From Pseudodesulfovibrio mercurii (lineage in GTDB: Bacteria > Desulfobacterota > Desulfovibrionia > Desulfovibrionales > Desulfovibrionaceae), in contig NC_016803.1 of assembly GCF_000189295.2 (NCBI RefSeq), forward strand, positions 2,310,001 to 2,342,000: a stretch of 32,000 nucleotides of DNA, read 5' to 3'. The position numbers and the translations under genes are program-made. Below are positions 7,863-16,267 of this stretch, piece after piece (position 1 is the first letter of the stretch; every line of letters starts with the position of its first letter). The notes below the pieces were generated by a model. That model made no database searches. It was not told the origin of the DNA and worked only from the letters and a program-made list of their open reading frames with translations.

Positions 7863-8537
7863 TTAGATGACGTTGTGGACCGAGTCGATGGCCCAGTAGA
7901 CCACGTCGAAGTTCTCGGCCAGCCCCTGCTGGAGGCGCTTGAACTCGGGCTTCTCCATGTCGCGGATGCGGATGTAGACGTTCTTGAACCCCTCGGACTC
8001 GGGCACGTTGTGGGTCATGATGGACATGATCCGCGCGCCGTGATCCTTGAGAAAGGCCAGCACCGGGCGCAGGCTGCCGGCGGCCGTGGACAGGCGCAGG
8101 CAGAACTGGGCGCCGCCCTCGTAGATGCCGGAGATCTCGACCAGGACCTTGAAGATGTCCGTGTCCGTGATGATGCCCACCACGTGGTCGTTCTCGTCCA
8201 CCACCGGCAGGCCGCCGAAGTTGCCCTCAAGCATGAGCACCGCGGCCTTTTCCACGGTCTCGGTGTCGCGGATGGTGACCACCTTCTTGGTCATGATGTC
8301 CGCGATCTTGATCTCGGACAGGAGGTAGTACAGCTCGTGCACGTCCAGGGTGGTGGCCTTGGACGGCGAAGCGTCCTTGATGTCGCGGTCCGAGACGATG
8401 CCGATGATCCTGCCGCTCTCGTCCACCACGGGCAGACGGCTGATGGCCTTGTCCTTCATCAGCTTGGAGGCCTTCATCATGGAGCGTTCCGGGGTGATGG
8501 TGATGACGTCCTTGGTCATCCAGTTGGCTACCAGCAT
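7863..8537 (-). CDS. CBS-pair domain protein with C-terminal ACT-like domain (AcuB-like)
   Basis: Two CBS repeats (MTKDVITITPERSMMKASKLMKDKAISRLPVVDESGRIIGIVSDRDI and MTKKVVTIRDTETVEKAAVLMLEGNFGGLPVVDENDHVVGIITDTDI). AAGGAGG lies 8 nt upstream of the ATG at 8537. Confidence 0.85.
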   Translation of the reverse strand: MLVANWMTKDVITITPERSMMKASKLMKDKAISRLPVVDESGRIIGIVSDRDIKDASPSKATTLDVHELYYLLSEIKIADIMTKKVVTIRDTETVEKAAVLMLEGNFGGLPVVDENDHVVGIITDTDIFKVLVEISGIYEGGAQFCLRLSTAAGSLRPVLAFLKDHGARIMSIMTHNVPESEGFKNVYIRIRDMEKPEFKRLQQGLAENFDVVYWAIDSVHNVI

Positions 8538-8830
8538 TGGGTGTTCCTCCTTAGGTTAACCGGCCTCGCCCGGCCGGATACTGTCGATATTCCGAGTCAT
8601 TCTTAACGTTTCCCGCGCCATTTGGCTAGCCCCGCAACGATTTTTTCGCGCGCGGACCGGGGTCGGGTCCGCTACCCCGGCGGCGCAAAACCCGTCAAGA
8701 TGTTTTTTTATGCCTTTCGGCCGCTTTTCCCTACCAATCTCCCCCGAAACCCGGTTTCCCGAAAATCAGGGGCTATGCTCCCCCCCAGACCGGGGTGGCT
8801 CGCGCAACCCTCTAGGATTCGGAGAACGAC

Positions 8831-9235
8831 ATGATACCTATCATTTCGGCCGTGGCGGGACTGCTGACCACGGTGGTGGAAGGGGTCTCGGACCACTTCA
8901 AGGGCAAACAGGAACTCAAGAAGGCGGTCTTGGAGAACCGCGTGCGGCTGGCCCGGTCGGACCAGGAATTCAACCACGACTGGGAGATGAAACAGCTCGA
9001 AAACTCGGGCTGGAAGGACGACGTCCTCTTCTTCGCCTGGATCGGCTTCTTCATCTGGTCCGGGGTGGACCCCGAGGGCGCGGGCCGGGTCATCGCCTCC
9101 TGGGAGGCCCTGCCCGACTGGTTCCTCCAGATCACCTTCTGGATCGTGGCCGCCGTGCTCGGGGTCAAGAAGATCGGCGACTACCTGCCCGGCGCGGTGC
9201 GCGGCCTCAAGGACGCCCTGGGAGGTCCAAAATGA
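8831..9235 (+). CDS. Phage-type holin-like membrane protein (resembles the 3-TM holin family associated with gene-transfer agents)
   Basis: 134 aa with three hydrophobic segments (IPIISAVAGLLTTVV, VLFFAWIGFFIWSGV, WFLQITFWIVAAVLGV) and a charged helix between the first and second. GGAG lies 6 nt before the ATG. The family call is from memory of PF11351-like sequences and is not verified. Confidence 0.55.
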   Translation: MIPIISAVAGLLTTVVEGVSDHFKGKQELKKAVLENRVRLARSDQEFNHDWEMKQLENSGWKDDVLFFAWIGFFIWSGVDPEGAGRVIASWEALPDWFLQITFWIVAAVLGVKKIGDYLPGAVRGLKDALGGPK

Positions 9236-9444
9236 CGGCCATGGAACGGCAGGACCTCCAGGACCTCCTGGTGCGCATCGACGAACGGGTCAAGGCCATC
9301 CAGGTGGCCATCCGCGAGATCAACGAGGCCCGGCAGTGCGCCGGGAACCGCGAAAAGATCCGCTTTCTGGAACGATTGGTCTGGGGCAGCCTGGCGGGCG
9401 TGGCCGCCCTGGGCGGACGCATCCTCTTCGAGGCCCTGCGATGA
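9232..9444 (+). CDS. Small C-terminally membrane-anchored protein, translationally coupled to the holin-like gene
   Basis: ATGA start/stop overlap at 9232-9235. GGAGG at 9221-9225. 70 aa: a coiled-coil-like N-terminal part followed by a hydrophobic tail (LVWGSLAGVAALGGRILF). It is the in-frame 3' portion of the long 8710..9444 track ORF. Confidence 0.55.
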   Translation: MTAMERQDLQDLLVRIDERVKAIQVAIREINEARQCAGNREKIRFLERLVWGSLAGVAALGGRILFEALR

Positions 9445-9470
9445 CCCCGGCCATGAATCCGGCGAAAGCC

Positions 9471-10391
9471 CTAGGGAAGCGCCGCGTCCCGGTACTGGGC
9501 GAGCTGCGCCCGGTACTGGGCGGCCAGGAACTCGTCGCCCCGCGCCACGGCCAGGGCAAGGGCCCGCTCCACGGCCGCCACGGCCTCGCGCATGCGCCCG
9601 TCCCCGGCCAGGGCCTCGCCCAGCAACCCGTACAGGGCGCTCTGCCCCGGCTCGAGCTCGGTGGCCCGCCGGTAGTCCGCGGCGGCCCGCCCGTACCGCT
9701 TGAGCTTGAGCAGAGCCTGGCCCCGCGCCGTGAGCAGCCGGACGTTGTCCGAGTCCAGCACGTAGGCCTGGGACAGGTCGCGCAGGGCGGCCTCGTAGTC
9801 ATGCCGGGCCAGGTACGTCATGCCCCGGTTGTAGCTGGCGTCCTGGTCGGCCGGGTCGATGGCCAGCGCGCTGCCGAAGTCGTCGATGGCCTCGTCGTCG
9901 CGGTTCAGCCGCAGATAGCACAGCCCGCGCCGGACGAACGCCTCGGCGATGGACGGGTCCCCCTTGACCACCTCGGTGAAGTCCCGCGCCGCCTCCCGGT
10001 ACCGCCCCTGATTCAACAGGATGGAGCCGCGCATGTAGTGCGCCTGCACGTGGTCCGGCTTGAGCTCGATGGCCCGGTCCACGTCGGCCAGAGCCTCGTC
10101 CGCCCGCCCCTGGGAAAACAGGATGCTCGCCCGGTAGTAGCGGGCCATGGCCAGGTCAGGGTCCAGCTCCAGCGCCTGGTCCAGGTAGCCGAGGGCCGCG
10201 TCCTCGTCCAGGAATCCGTCGTCGTGCCGAAGCTGCATGGCCTCGGCCAGCGCCTCGGCCGCACGGGCCTCGCGGCGCTGCACCGCCAGCTCCTCGGCGG
10301 TGGGCGGAACGGGCGGCGGCCCCTCACTTCCGGCGCAGCCCCACACGGCCGGCAACAGGCAGACAACAACAATCAGGGCGTGGATTCGCAT
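9471..10391 (-). CDS. TPR-repeat exported protein, probable lipoprotein
   Basis: Start set at MRIHALIVVVCLLPAVWGCAGSE (signal peptide with a Cys lipobox-like site). At least 7 tandem TPR-like 34-aa units (e.g. AMARYYRASILFSQGRADEALADVDRAIELKPD). The longer ORF to 10571 overlaps the terminase gene start and was rejected. Confidence 0.8.
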   Translation of the reverse strand: MRIHALIVVVCLLPAVWGCAGSEGPPPVPPTAEELAVQRREARAAEALAEAMQLRHDDGFLDEDAALGYLDQALELDPDLAMARYYRASILFSQGRADEALADVDRAIELKPDHVQAHYMRGSILLNQGRYREAARDFTEVVKGDPSIAEAFVRRGLCYLRLNRDDEAIDDFGSALAIDPADQDASYNRGMTYLARHDYEAALRDLSQAYVLDSDNVRLLTARGQALLKLKRYGRAAADYRRATELEPGQSALYGLLGEALAGDGRMREAVAAVERALALAVARGDEFLAAQYRAQLAQYRDAALP

Positions 10392-10443
10392 GGCCGTCAG
10401 ATACCCTCGGCCCGCGCCGCCCGTCAACATAAGCGAGGAAACA

Positions 10444-11730
10444 ATGTCCAATGACCTGTATGTACCAAGGGAACACCAGGCCCGCATCGAGGCCGAACTC
10501 GGCCGGTTCGCGGTCCTGGTCTGCCACCGCCGGTTCGGCAAGACCGTGCTGTCCGTGAACCGGCTCATCAACGCGGCCCGCGAAACCCGCCGCGACGACT
10601 GGCGCGGGGCCTACATCGCCCCCCTCTACCGCCAGGCCAAGACCGTGGTCTGGGACGAACTCAAACGATACTGCGGCTTCGGCCTCGACGGCTGCACCGT
10701 CAAATTCAACGAGACCGAACTGCGCGCCGACTTCGACAACGGCTCGCGCATCCGCCTGTTCGGTGCCAACAACCCCGACTCCCTGCGCGGCATGTACCTC
10801 GACGGCGTGGTCTTCGACGAGGTCGCCCAGATGCCCCTGCGCGTCTGGACCGAGGTCATCCGGCCCGCCCTGTCCGACCGCAAGGGCTGGGCCATGTTCA
10901 TCGGCACCCCGCGCGGCAAGAACGCCCTGTACGAGATATGGGAAAAGGGCAAGACCGACCCGGACTGGCTGGCCGCCATGTACCGCGCCTCCGAGACCGG
11001 CATCCTGCCCGTCGAGGAACTCGAGGCCAGTGCCCGCGAGATGTCGCCCGAGGAATACGAACAGGAGTTCGAATGCTCCTTCACCGCCGCCATCCGGGGG
11101 GCCTACTTCGGCCAGCTCCTGGCCGACGCCGACCGCGAGGGCCGCATGACCGACGTGCCCGCCGACCCGTCCATGCCCGTGCACACCGCCTGGGACCTGG
11201 GCATGTCCGACTCCACCTCCATCTGGTTCGTCCAGGCCCGGCCAGGCGGCACCTTCGCCGTCATCGACTACTACGAGGCCTGCGGCGAAGGCCTCGACCA
11301 CTACGCCAGAATCCTCGACGACAAAGGCTACAAATATGGCACCCACATCGCGCCCCACGACATCCGCGTGCGCGAACTCGGCACCGGCAAGTCGCGCCTC
11401 GAAACCGCCCGCTCCCTGGGCATCCGCTTCGACATCGCCGCCAACATCCCCATCCAGGACGGCATCAACGCCGTGCGCACCATCCTGCCCCGCTGCTGGT
11501 TCGACGAAACCCGCTGCGCGCCCGGCATCGAGGCCCTGCGCCACTACCGCCGCTCCTTCAACGACCGAACCGCCGACTTCTCCACCCGGCCCATCCACGA
11601 CTGGACCAGCCACGCCGCCGACGGCTTCCGCTACTTCGCCGTGGGCTTCCGGCAACCCGAACCCGGCCCGCGTCCGGCCCGCTCCGCCAATAACTACAAC
11701 CCGTTCGGAGATACCCATGCCCGTGACTGA
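10444..11730 (+). CDS. Phage terminase large subunit
   Basis: GAGGA lies 5 nt before the ATG at 10444. Walker A-like HRRFGKT, Walker B LDGVVFDEVAQM, FIGTPRG coupling motif, and C-terminal RNase-H-like nuclease acidic residues (AWDLGMSDST, HIAPHD, HAADGFRY). It appears full length and uninterrupted. Confidence 0.85.
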   Translation: MSNDLYVPREHQARIEAELGRFAVLVCHRRFGKTVLSVNRLINAARETRRDDWRGAYIAPLYRQAKTVVWDELKRYCGFGLDGCTVKFNETELRADFDNGSRIRLFGANNPDSLRGMYLDGVVFDEVAQMPLRVWTEVIRPALSDRKGWAMFIGTPRGKNALYEIWEKGKTDPDWLAAMYRASETGILPVEELEASAREMSPEEYEQEFECSFTAAIRGAYFGQLLADADREGRMTDVPADPSMPVHTAWDLGMSDSTSIWFVQARPGGTFAVIDYYEACGEGLDHYARILDDKGYKYGTHIAPHDIRVRELGTGKSRLETARSLGIRFDIAANIPIQDGINAVRTILPRCWFDETRCAPGIEALRHYRRSFNDRTADFSTRPIHDWTSHAADGFRYFAVGFRQPEPGPRPARSANNYNPFGDTHARD

Positions 11731-12079
11731 AACCACCACCCGCCCCGACCCCCTGGCCCACTTCCCGGAAAACGGCCCCTACCGCTGGCTCGAACTCGCC
11801 GACGCCGACGGCCCCTACGGCGTCTGCGCCATCGCCCCGCGACCCGACTACCTCGAACTCCACCTGACCATGAGCCGCTGGGGCCCGGCCACGCGCCGGA
11901 CCCTGGCCCAAGACCTCGAATGGCTCAAAACCGAAGCCAAACGACTCCACCTCCCCAAAATCATGGGCGTCCGCGCCAACGACCAGGGCCAATTCGACAA
12001 CAACCTCTTCCGCTTCGCCCGCCTCTACGGCTTCTCCGACATGTGCGTCTTCCAGACCGCCAGCCTAACCGTGGACTGA
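11717..12079 (+). CDS. Hypothetical protein overlapping the terminase 3' end (phage-associated)
   Basis: The ATG at 11717 is preceded by GGAG (6-nt spacing) and overlaps the terminase stop by 14 nt. 120 aa, high GC3, no family recognised. Confidence 0.55.
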   Translation: MPVTETTTRPDPLAHFPENGPYRWLELADADGPYGVCAIAPRPDYLELHLTMSRWGPATRRTLAQDLEWLKTEAKRLHLPKIMGVRANDQGQFDNNLFRFARLYGFSDMCVFQTASLTVD

Positions 12080-12193
12080 ATGGCGCGGGGAAGGCCTCCG
12101 GCGGCCCTTCGGGGAGACCAGGGCGCTGCCCTGGACCCGGCAGGGAGCAAAGCCCCCTGCACCCCCATGTTCGCTTCGCTCAGATGCGTGCGG

Positions 12194-12227
12194 CGGCGGA
12201 AGGCTTGGCAAGGGACGCCTTCCGCCG
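12194..12227. repeat. Hairpin, 11-bp perfect inverted repeat
   Basis: CGGCGGAAGGC (12194-12204) and GCCTTCCGCCG (12217-12227), 12-nt loop. Confidence 0.85.
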
Positions 12228-12236
12228 TGCCGGTGT

Positions 12237-12317
12237 GCGATTTCGGGCAGAAAAAACGGATGCAACGACGTGCTGCTTCACCGAAGTGAGCACGCCGTTT
12301 TTTCTGCCCGAAATCGC
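12237..12317. repeat. Long hairpin: 23-bp perfect inverted repeat with 35-nt spacer, followed by a T-rich tract (terminator-like)
   Basis: GCGATTTCGGGCAGAAAAAACGG (12237-12259) and CCGTTTTTTCTGCCCGAAATCGC (12295-12317). The spacer contains its own small stem (CGTGCT...AGCACG). GTTTTGTTTTT follows at 12321-12331. Confidence 0.9.
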
Positions 12318-12437
12318 GGGGTTTTGTTTTTAAGAAGAGAATAGCGCCCCAAGAACCACGCCTTTTCCCGCCTTCTACCAACGCCGCAAAACCGTCAAAA
12401 CGGGTCCCGCCGACCTCGCCGGCGGCGTTGGGCAACC

Positions 12438-12504
12438 GTCCCGAAGGGTTCGCGCCGGGCGGTCCTCCGAGGCCCGTGGCCGTCCGGCGCGAACCCTTCG
12501 GGAC
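12438..12504. repeat. Hairpin: 21-bp perfect inverted repeat with 25-nt spacer
   Basis: GTCCCGAAGGGTTCGCGCCGG (12438-12458) and CCGGCGCGAACCCTTCGGGAC (12484-12504). Confidence 0.9.
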
Positions 12505-12559
12505 ACCGCCTGCCCGCCCCCTGCCAAGACCCCCGCCAACGATCTCCGCCCTTCCGCCC

Positions 12560-12715
12560 CGCTCCCAACCCGCACATCCCCCCGCACCCGCACGCCCCTG
12601 CCGAAGGCACCCAAAAAGTTTGGGAGAATCCAGAGAACCCTTTCCAAAGGGTTCTCTGGCCGCCGGAGGCGCCCGCCCGGCGAGGGCCCGCCGGAGGCAT
12701 TCCCCATCCCCCACC
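12560..12715 (-). repeat. Repeat-family copy 1 (inverted relative to copies 2 and 3)
   Basis: The 39-nt core at 12587-12625 is the exact reverse complement of 22545-22583 (TCCCAAACTTTTTGGGTGCCTTCGGCAGGGGCGTGCGGG). The adjacent palindrome CCAGAGAACCCTTTCCAAAGGGTTCTCTGG lies at 12630-12659. Confidence 0.9.
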
Positions 12716-12791
12716 CTCCCGCACAGCGACCGCCGCCCCTTGCCTCGGGCGCGTGTTGGCGTGTAGTGCTGGCGGAAACCGGGAGGTCGTG

Positions 12792-13505
12792 GTGAGCGAG
12801 ACGAGTACGGACGGATTGAAGGAGTTGGCCGGGGTGATCCGGCAGTTGGCGGCGCATTACGGGTTGTGGCTGGCGGAGAGCGTGCACCAGTTGGGTCTGG
12901 AGGCGGCCCTGGACGCGGAGGGCGAGGCCGGGGACCGGCTGGAGGGGATATTGCTCGGCAAGCTGGAGCGCGCGTTGGGGCGTGAGCCGGGCGGACTGGC
13001 GGAGGGGCTGGACCCGGCGGTGCTGGCGGACGTGGCCCAGGCGTTGCGGACGGGCTGGCTGGCGGCGGATGGGGTCTGGTTCCAGGCGGTGGAGAAGGCG
13101 GCGGGCATGGACGCGGCCAAGCGGGTCAACGACACGTGTTGGGCCCGGTTCGCGCCCTTGGAGGCCCGGCGGGTCAAGGCGTTGCTCGGGCTGCCGGAGC
13201 GGGGCGGGATCGCGGCCCTCAAGGCCGGGTTGGCGGCACGCATGTACGGGCGGCTGAACCGCTGGGAGTTCGCCGAGGAGACCGCGACGTCGATTGTTTT
13301 CCGCATGACGGACTGCCGCGTGCAGACGGCCCGCAAGCGGCGCGGGCTGGCCGATTATCCCTGCAAATCCGGCGGGGTGACCGAGTACACGGGGTTTGCG
13401 CGAGAGATGGATTCCCGGCTGCGTTGCGAGTGCATCGGCTGCCCGCCCGACGCCCATCCCGAGGAGTGGGCCTGCGCCTGGCGGTTCACCCTGGCCGGGG
13501 AGTAG
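12792..13505 (+). CDS. Hypothetical Cys-rich cytosolic protein, DUF6125-like (family recalled from memory)
   Basis: GGGAGG at 12781-12786, followed by GTG at 12789 and 12792, so the start is uncertain by one codon. C-terminal MTDCRVQTARKRRGLADYPCKSGGVTEYTGFAREMDSRLRCECIGCPPDAHPEEWACAWRF. High GC3. Confidence 0.65.
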   Translation: MSETSTDGLKELAGVIRQLAAHYGLWLAESVHQLGLEAALDAEGEAGDRLEGILLGKLERALGREPGGLAEGLDPAVLADVAQALRTGWLAADGVWFQAVEKAAGMDAAKRVNDTCWARFAPLEARRVKALLGLPERGGIAALKAGLAARMYGRLNRWEFAEETATSIVFRMTDCRVQTARKRRGLADYPCKSGGVTEYTGFAREMDSRLRCECIGCPPDAHPEEWACAWRFTLAGE

Positions 13506-13524
13506 GCGGACGAGTGGGCCGGGC

Positions 13525-14919
13525 CTAGTCGGCGGCGTGCGGGAGCGGGGGTTTGCGCAGGAACATGCCGGTCTTGAGTTCGGGGTGGTCGCAGATGAAG
13601 ACGCCGCGCTGGCCGGGGTGGGAGACGTCCACGGACTGGCCCTTTTCGTCCACCAGGCCGTAGTCCTGGGCGGCGATGCGGGGCCGGATGAGGCCGGGCA
13701 CCAGGGCTTCGACGGGTTCGGCGGCATCCCAGCGGGCCTTTGTCTGGACGAGCCAGCGGCCCGAGGCCAGGGGGGCGAGGATGCGGGCGAGCACGGGCCG
13801 TTTTTCCGTTTCGTCGGGCGGCTGGGCGATGGGGCCCCGGCAGGCCGGGTCGAAGAAGCCGGTGGTCAGGGGCCGGGACGCGGCGTTGACCAGTTCCGCC
13901 AGGAAGGGTTCGGGTTGGAACCGGCCGGCGGCGGCGTGGTTCAGGGCGGTCTTGTAGGCGTCCACGACCTGGGCGAGGTAGGCGGAGCTCTTGGTGCGGC
14001 CCTCGATCTTGAGGGAGGCGACCCTCATGCGCCGGAACCATTCCAGGTAGTGGAGCAGGCAGAGGTCTTCGGCGGCGAAGAACTTGGTCCAGTTGTCGGT
14101 GTCGAGCGCGGCGGACAGGGCGCGGTCGGCCGGTGGCTGGGAGGGCGGGCCGTCGCGGTCCGGGGTGGAGAAGGCGAACTCCTCGGGCGCGTCGAAGGTG
14201 AAGTCCTCGGTGAACGGGTTGTCGTATTCGCGGATTTCCCAGAGTTTTTCGCCGGGCCGGGTGCGTTCCTCGAAGGTCATGGACACGGGCCGGTACTCGT
14301 AGCGGCAGGGGTGGGAGCACTGGCCGAGGTTGCCGGGCCGGTCGTTGAGCAGGGCGGACATGTAGCAGCGCCCGGACACGGCCATGCACATGGCCCCGTG
14401 GACGAAGACCTCCAGCTCCATGGTCGGCATCTGCTTGCGGCAGGCGTCGAGCATCTCGCCCAGCTCGTTCGAGCGCAGCTCGCGGGCCACGTTGACGCGT
14501 TTGGCCCCGTTCTCGCGCCAGAAGCGCACGGCCTCGACGTTGGAGGTGTTGGCCTGGGTGGAGATGTGCACCGGGATGGCGGGCAGCTCGCGCCGGAGCA
14601 GCCGGATGACGCCGGGATCGGCGGCGATGACAGCGTCCGGCCTGAGCTCGCCGAGGATGTCGAGCTGTTCGCGCAGGGCGCGCATGTGCGACTGGCGCGG
14701 GTAGACGTTCAGGGTGTAGTAGACCTTGACCCCGGCCTGGTGGGCGCGGGTGACGGCCCGTTCCAGGGCCTGGCGGTCGAACCCGCCCGCTCCGGCGCGC
14801 AGGTTGAGGCCCTCGCCGCCCAGGTACACGGCGTCAGCGCCGTACAGGATGGCGGTCTCGAGTTTTTCCATGTCGCCCGCAGGGGCGAGCAGTTCCGGGA
14901 TGAACGGGGCGTCGGGCAT
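13525..14919 (-). CDS. Peptidase U32 family protein (the family that includes the RlhA/TrhP/UbiU-type Fe-S hydroxylation factors)
   Basis: PELLAPAGDMEKLETAILYGADAVYLGG, VHISTQANTSN, VFVHGAMCMAVSGRCYMS and GQCSHPCRYEY are characteristic U32 motifs, including the conserved Cys set. Confidence 0.9.
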   Translation of the reverse strand: MPDAPFIPELLAPAGDMEKLETAILYGADAVYLGGEGLNLRAGAGGFDRQALERAVTRAHQAGVKVYYTLNVYPRQSHMRALREQLDILGELRPDAVIAADPGVIRLLRRELPAIPVHISTQANTSNVEAVRFWRENGAKRVNVARELRSNELGEMLDACRKQMPTMELEVFVHGAMCMAVSGRCYMSALLNDRPGNLGQCSHPCRYEYRPVSMTFEERTRPGEKLWEIREYDNPFTEDFTFDAPEEFAFSTPDRDGPPSQPPADRALSAALDTDNWTKFFAAEDLCLLHYLEWFRRMRVASLKIEGRTKSSAYLAQVVDAYKTALNHAAAGRFQPEPFLAELVNAASRPLTTGFFDPACRGPIAQPPDETEKRPVLARILAPLASGRWLVQTKARWDAAEPVEALVPGLIRPRIAAQDYGLVDEKGQSVDVSHPGQRGVFICDHPELKTGMFLRKPPLPHAAD

Positions 14920-14976
14920 GGTCGCGGATTACCTGATGGGGGTTGGTTTCGCCAAGGGAAAATGCGGGGACCGGGC

Positions 14977-15837
14977 CTAGACGGGCAGTCCCTTGGCCCG
15001 GCGGGCCGCCTTCATTTTATCCAGCAGTTCGTTGGGGATGTTCAGGTTGCCCCGGCCCACGCCGAGCCGGATTTCCGGCTTGTTGGTCCCGTGGAAGTCC
15101 GAACCGCCGCTCTTGAGCAGGCCCAGGCGGTCGGCCATCTCGCCGAAGGCCTTGGTGTCCGCGGGGGAATGCTCGGAGTAGAGGACCTCCATGCCGTCCA
15201 GGCCCAGGTCCATGAGGCGGCGGACCACCTTTTCGGTCTCGGGGTAGCTCAGCTTGAGGGCGAAGGGGTGGGCCAGGATGGAGGTCGCCCCGATATCCTT
15301 CAGGATGGGGAAGGCCTGCTCGGGGGTGAGCTTGCGCTTGGGCACGTAGGCCCGGCCGTGGTCGCCGACCCAGACCTTGAAGGCCTCGTCCATGGACGAA
15401 ACCACACCGAGCGCCATGAGCTCCTGGGCGAAATGCGGGCGGCCGATGGTCCCCTTGGCCCGGGCGGCCACGGCCTCGTAGGTGATGTTCACGCCGAGGG
15501 AACGCAGCTTGGCCACGATCTCGTGGTTGCGGTTGGCGCGCCCCTCGATGACCCAGTCAAAGGCCTTTTGCAGGGCGTCGGCCCGCTCGGGCACCCACAG
15601 GGCGACCACGTGGATCCAGCCCGCGCCCTCCGGGGACTCCAGGCTCAGCTCCGCGCCGGGGATGACCTCCACGCCGAGCCGCTTGCCCGCCTCGACCGCC
15701 TCGGCCACGCCCTGGAAGGTGTCGTGGTCCGTGACCGCAATGGCGTCCAGCCCGGTTTCCCCGGCCAACTCCACCAGTTCGGTGGGCGACAGCGTGCCGT
15801 CCGAGGCCGTGGTGTGCGTGTGCAGATCTATGCTCAT
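14977..15837 (-). CDS. PHP-domain phosphoesterase (TrpH/YciV-like)
   Basis: The N-terminal IDLHTHTTASDG motif, AVTDHDT, and the C-terminal GGSDFHG are typical PHP metal-binding motifs. Confidence 0.9.
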   Translation of the reverse strand: MSIDLHTHTTASDGTLSPTELVELAGETGLDAIAVTDHDTFQGVAEAVEAGKRLGVEVIPGAELSLESPEGAGWIHVVALWVPERADALQKAFDWVIEGRANRNHEIVAKLRSLGVNITYEAVAARAKGTIGRPHFAQELMALGVVSSMDEAFKVWVGDHGRAYVPKRKLTPEQAFPILKDIGATSILAHPFALKLSYPETEKVVRRLMDLGLDGMEVLYSEHSPADTKAFGEMADRLGLLKSGGSDFHGTNKPEIRLGVGRGNLNIPNELLDKMKAARRAKGLPV

Positions 15838-15968
15838 GGTCGTGTCCCGTATGGTTGTCGGTTGCGCAAATCACGAAGGTACAGGCTCCGCGCCGCGAGG
15901 TAAAGCCCGGAACGGTTGCCAATCCCCGCGCCCGAGGCTATCCTGCCTTGCATCCAAAGGAGAACGCC

Positions 15969-16157
15969 ATGACCCTCAACAAAGATCTGCTCGATATCCT
16001 GGCCTGCCCCAAGTGCAAGGGCGGACTCACGCCCACCCCGGCGGGCGACGGCCTGGCCTGCCCCAAATGCAAGGTCGTCTACCCGGTCCGGAACGACATC
16101 CCCATCATGCTCGTGGACCAGGCCGTGCCCGAAACGGACTGGACCGGCTCCAAATAG
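15969..16157 (+). CDS. Trm112/YcaR (UPF0434) family small zinc-ribbon protein
   Basis: AAGGAG lies 6 nt before the ATG at 15969. 62 aa: LLDILACPKCKGGL...LACPKCKVVYPVRNDIPIMLVDQA. Confidence 0.9.
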   Translation: MTLNKDLLDILACPKCKGGLTPTPAGDGLACPKCKVVYPVRNDIPIMLVDQAVPETDWTGSK

Positions 16158-16185
16158 GCCCCAGGCAACGGACGTTACGCCCCGC

Positions 16186-16215
16186 CCCGCCGCTTATCGG
16201 TGAGGCGGGTTTTTT
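16186..16215 (+). terminator. Rho-independent terminator after the Trm112 gene
   Basis: Stem CCCGCC / GGCGGG with a 12-nt loop, followed by TTTTTT. Confidence 0.6.
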
Positions 16216-16267
16216 CATGCCCGAAATGTGGGTGCCCGATGGGTCGGCGCGGGGCGGGGACGGGCAA

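Larger units (their letters stand above)
8831..12079. mobile_element. Short phage-derived cassette or cryptic prophage remnant (holin-like, small TM protein, large terminase, small ORF), with no portal, capsid, tail or integrase genes in the window
   Basis: See the component CDS entries. The expected portal/capsid genes after the terminase are replaced by a hairpin-dense non-coding tract. I detected no att-like direct repeats or tRNA. Confidence 0.55.

Noticed and set aside
8538-8830. tRNA gene or att site flanking the phage-like cassette
   Set aside because: I could not find a cloverleaf-compatible sequence or a T-arm (GGTTCGAATCC-like) motif here or at 12080-12790. I also saw no obvious direct repeats bracketing 8831-12079. 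This needs tRNAscan and alignment to be definitive.
8710-9231. 5' two-thirds of the 244-aa ORF 8710-9444 (+)
   Set aside because: It overlaps the better-supported holin-like gene in another frame and has a Gly/Arg/Pro-rich composition. Only the last 70 codons (9232-9444) have an SD, ATGA coupling and a sensible TM tail.
12025-13727. ORFs of 229 aa (12025-12714, -) and 450 aa (12375-13727, -) across the hairpin/repeat tract
   Set aside because: They read straight through perfect inverted repeats and dispersed repeat copies. The same pseudo-peptides (for example ...FPKLFGCLRQGRAG...) reappear wherever the repeat occurs. There is no SD. The 450-aa ORF is also antisense to the DUF6125-like gene.
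13396-15903. 835-aa ORF on the + strand opposite the U32 and PHP genes
   Set aside because: It is antisense to two genes with unmistakable conserved motifs, and its composition is typical of GC-rich shadow frames.
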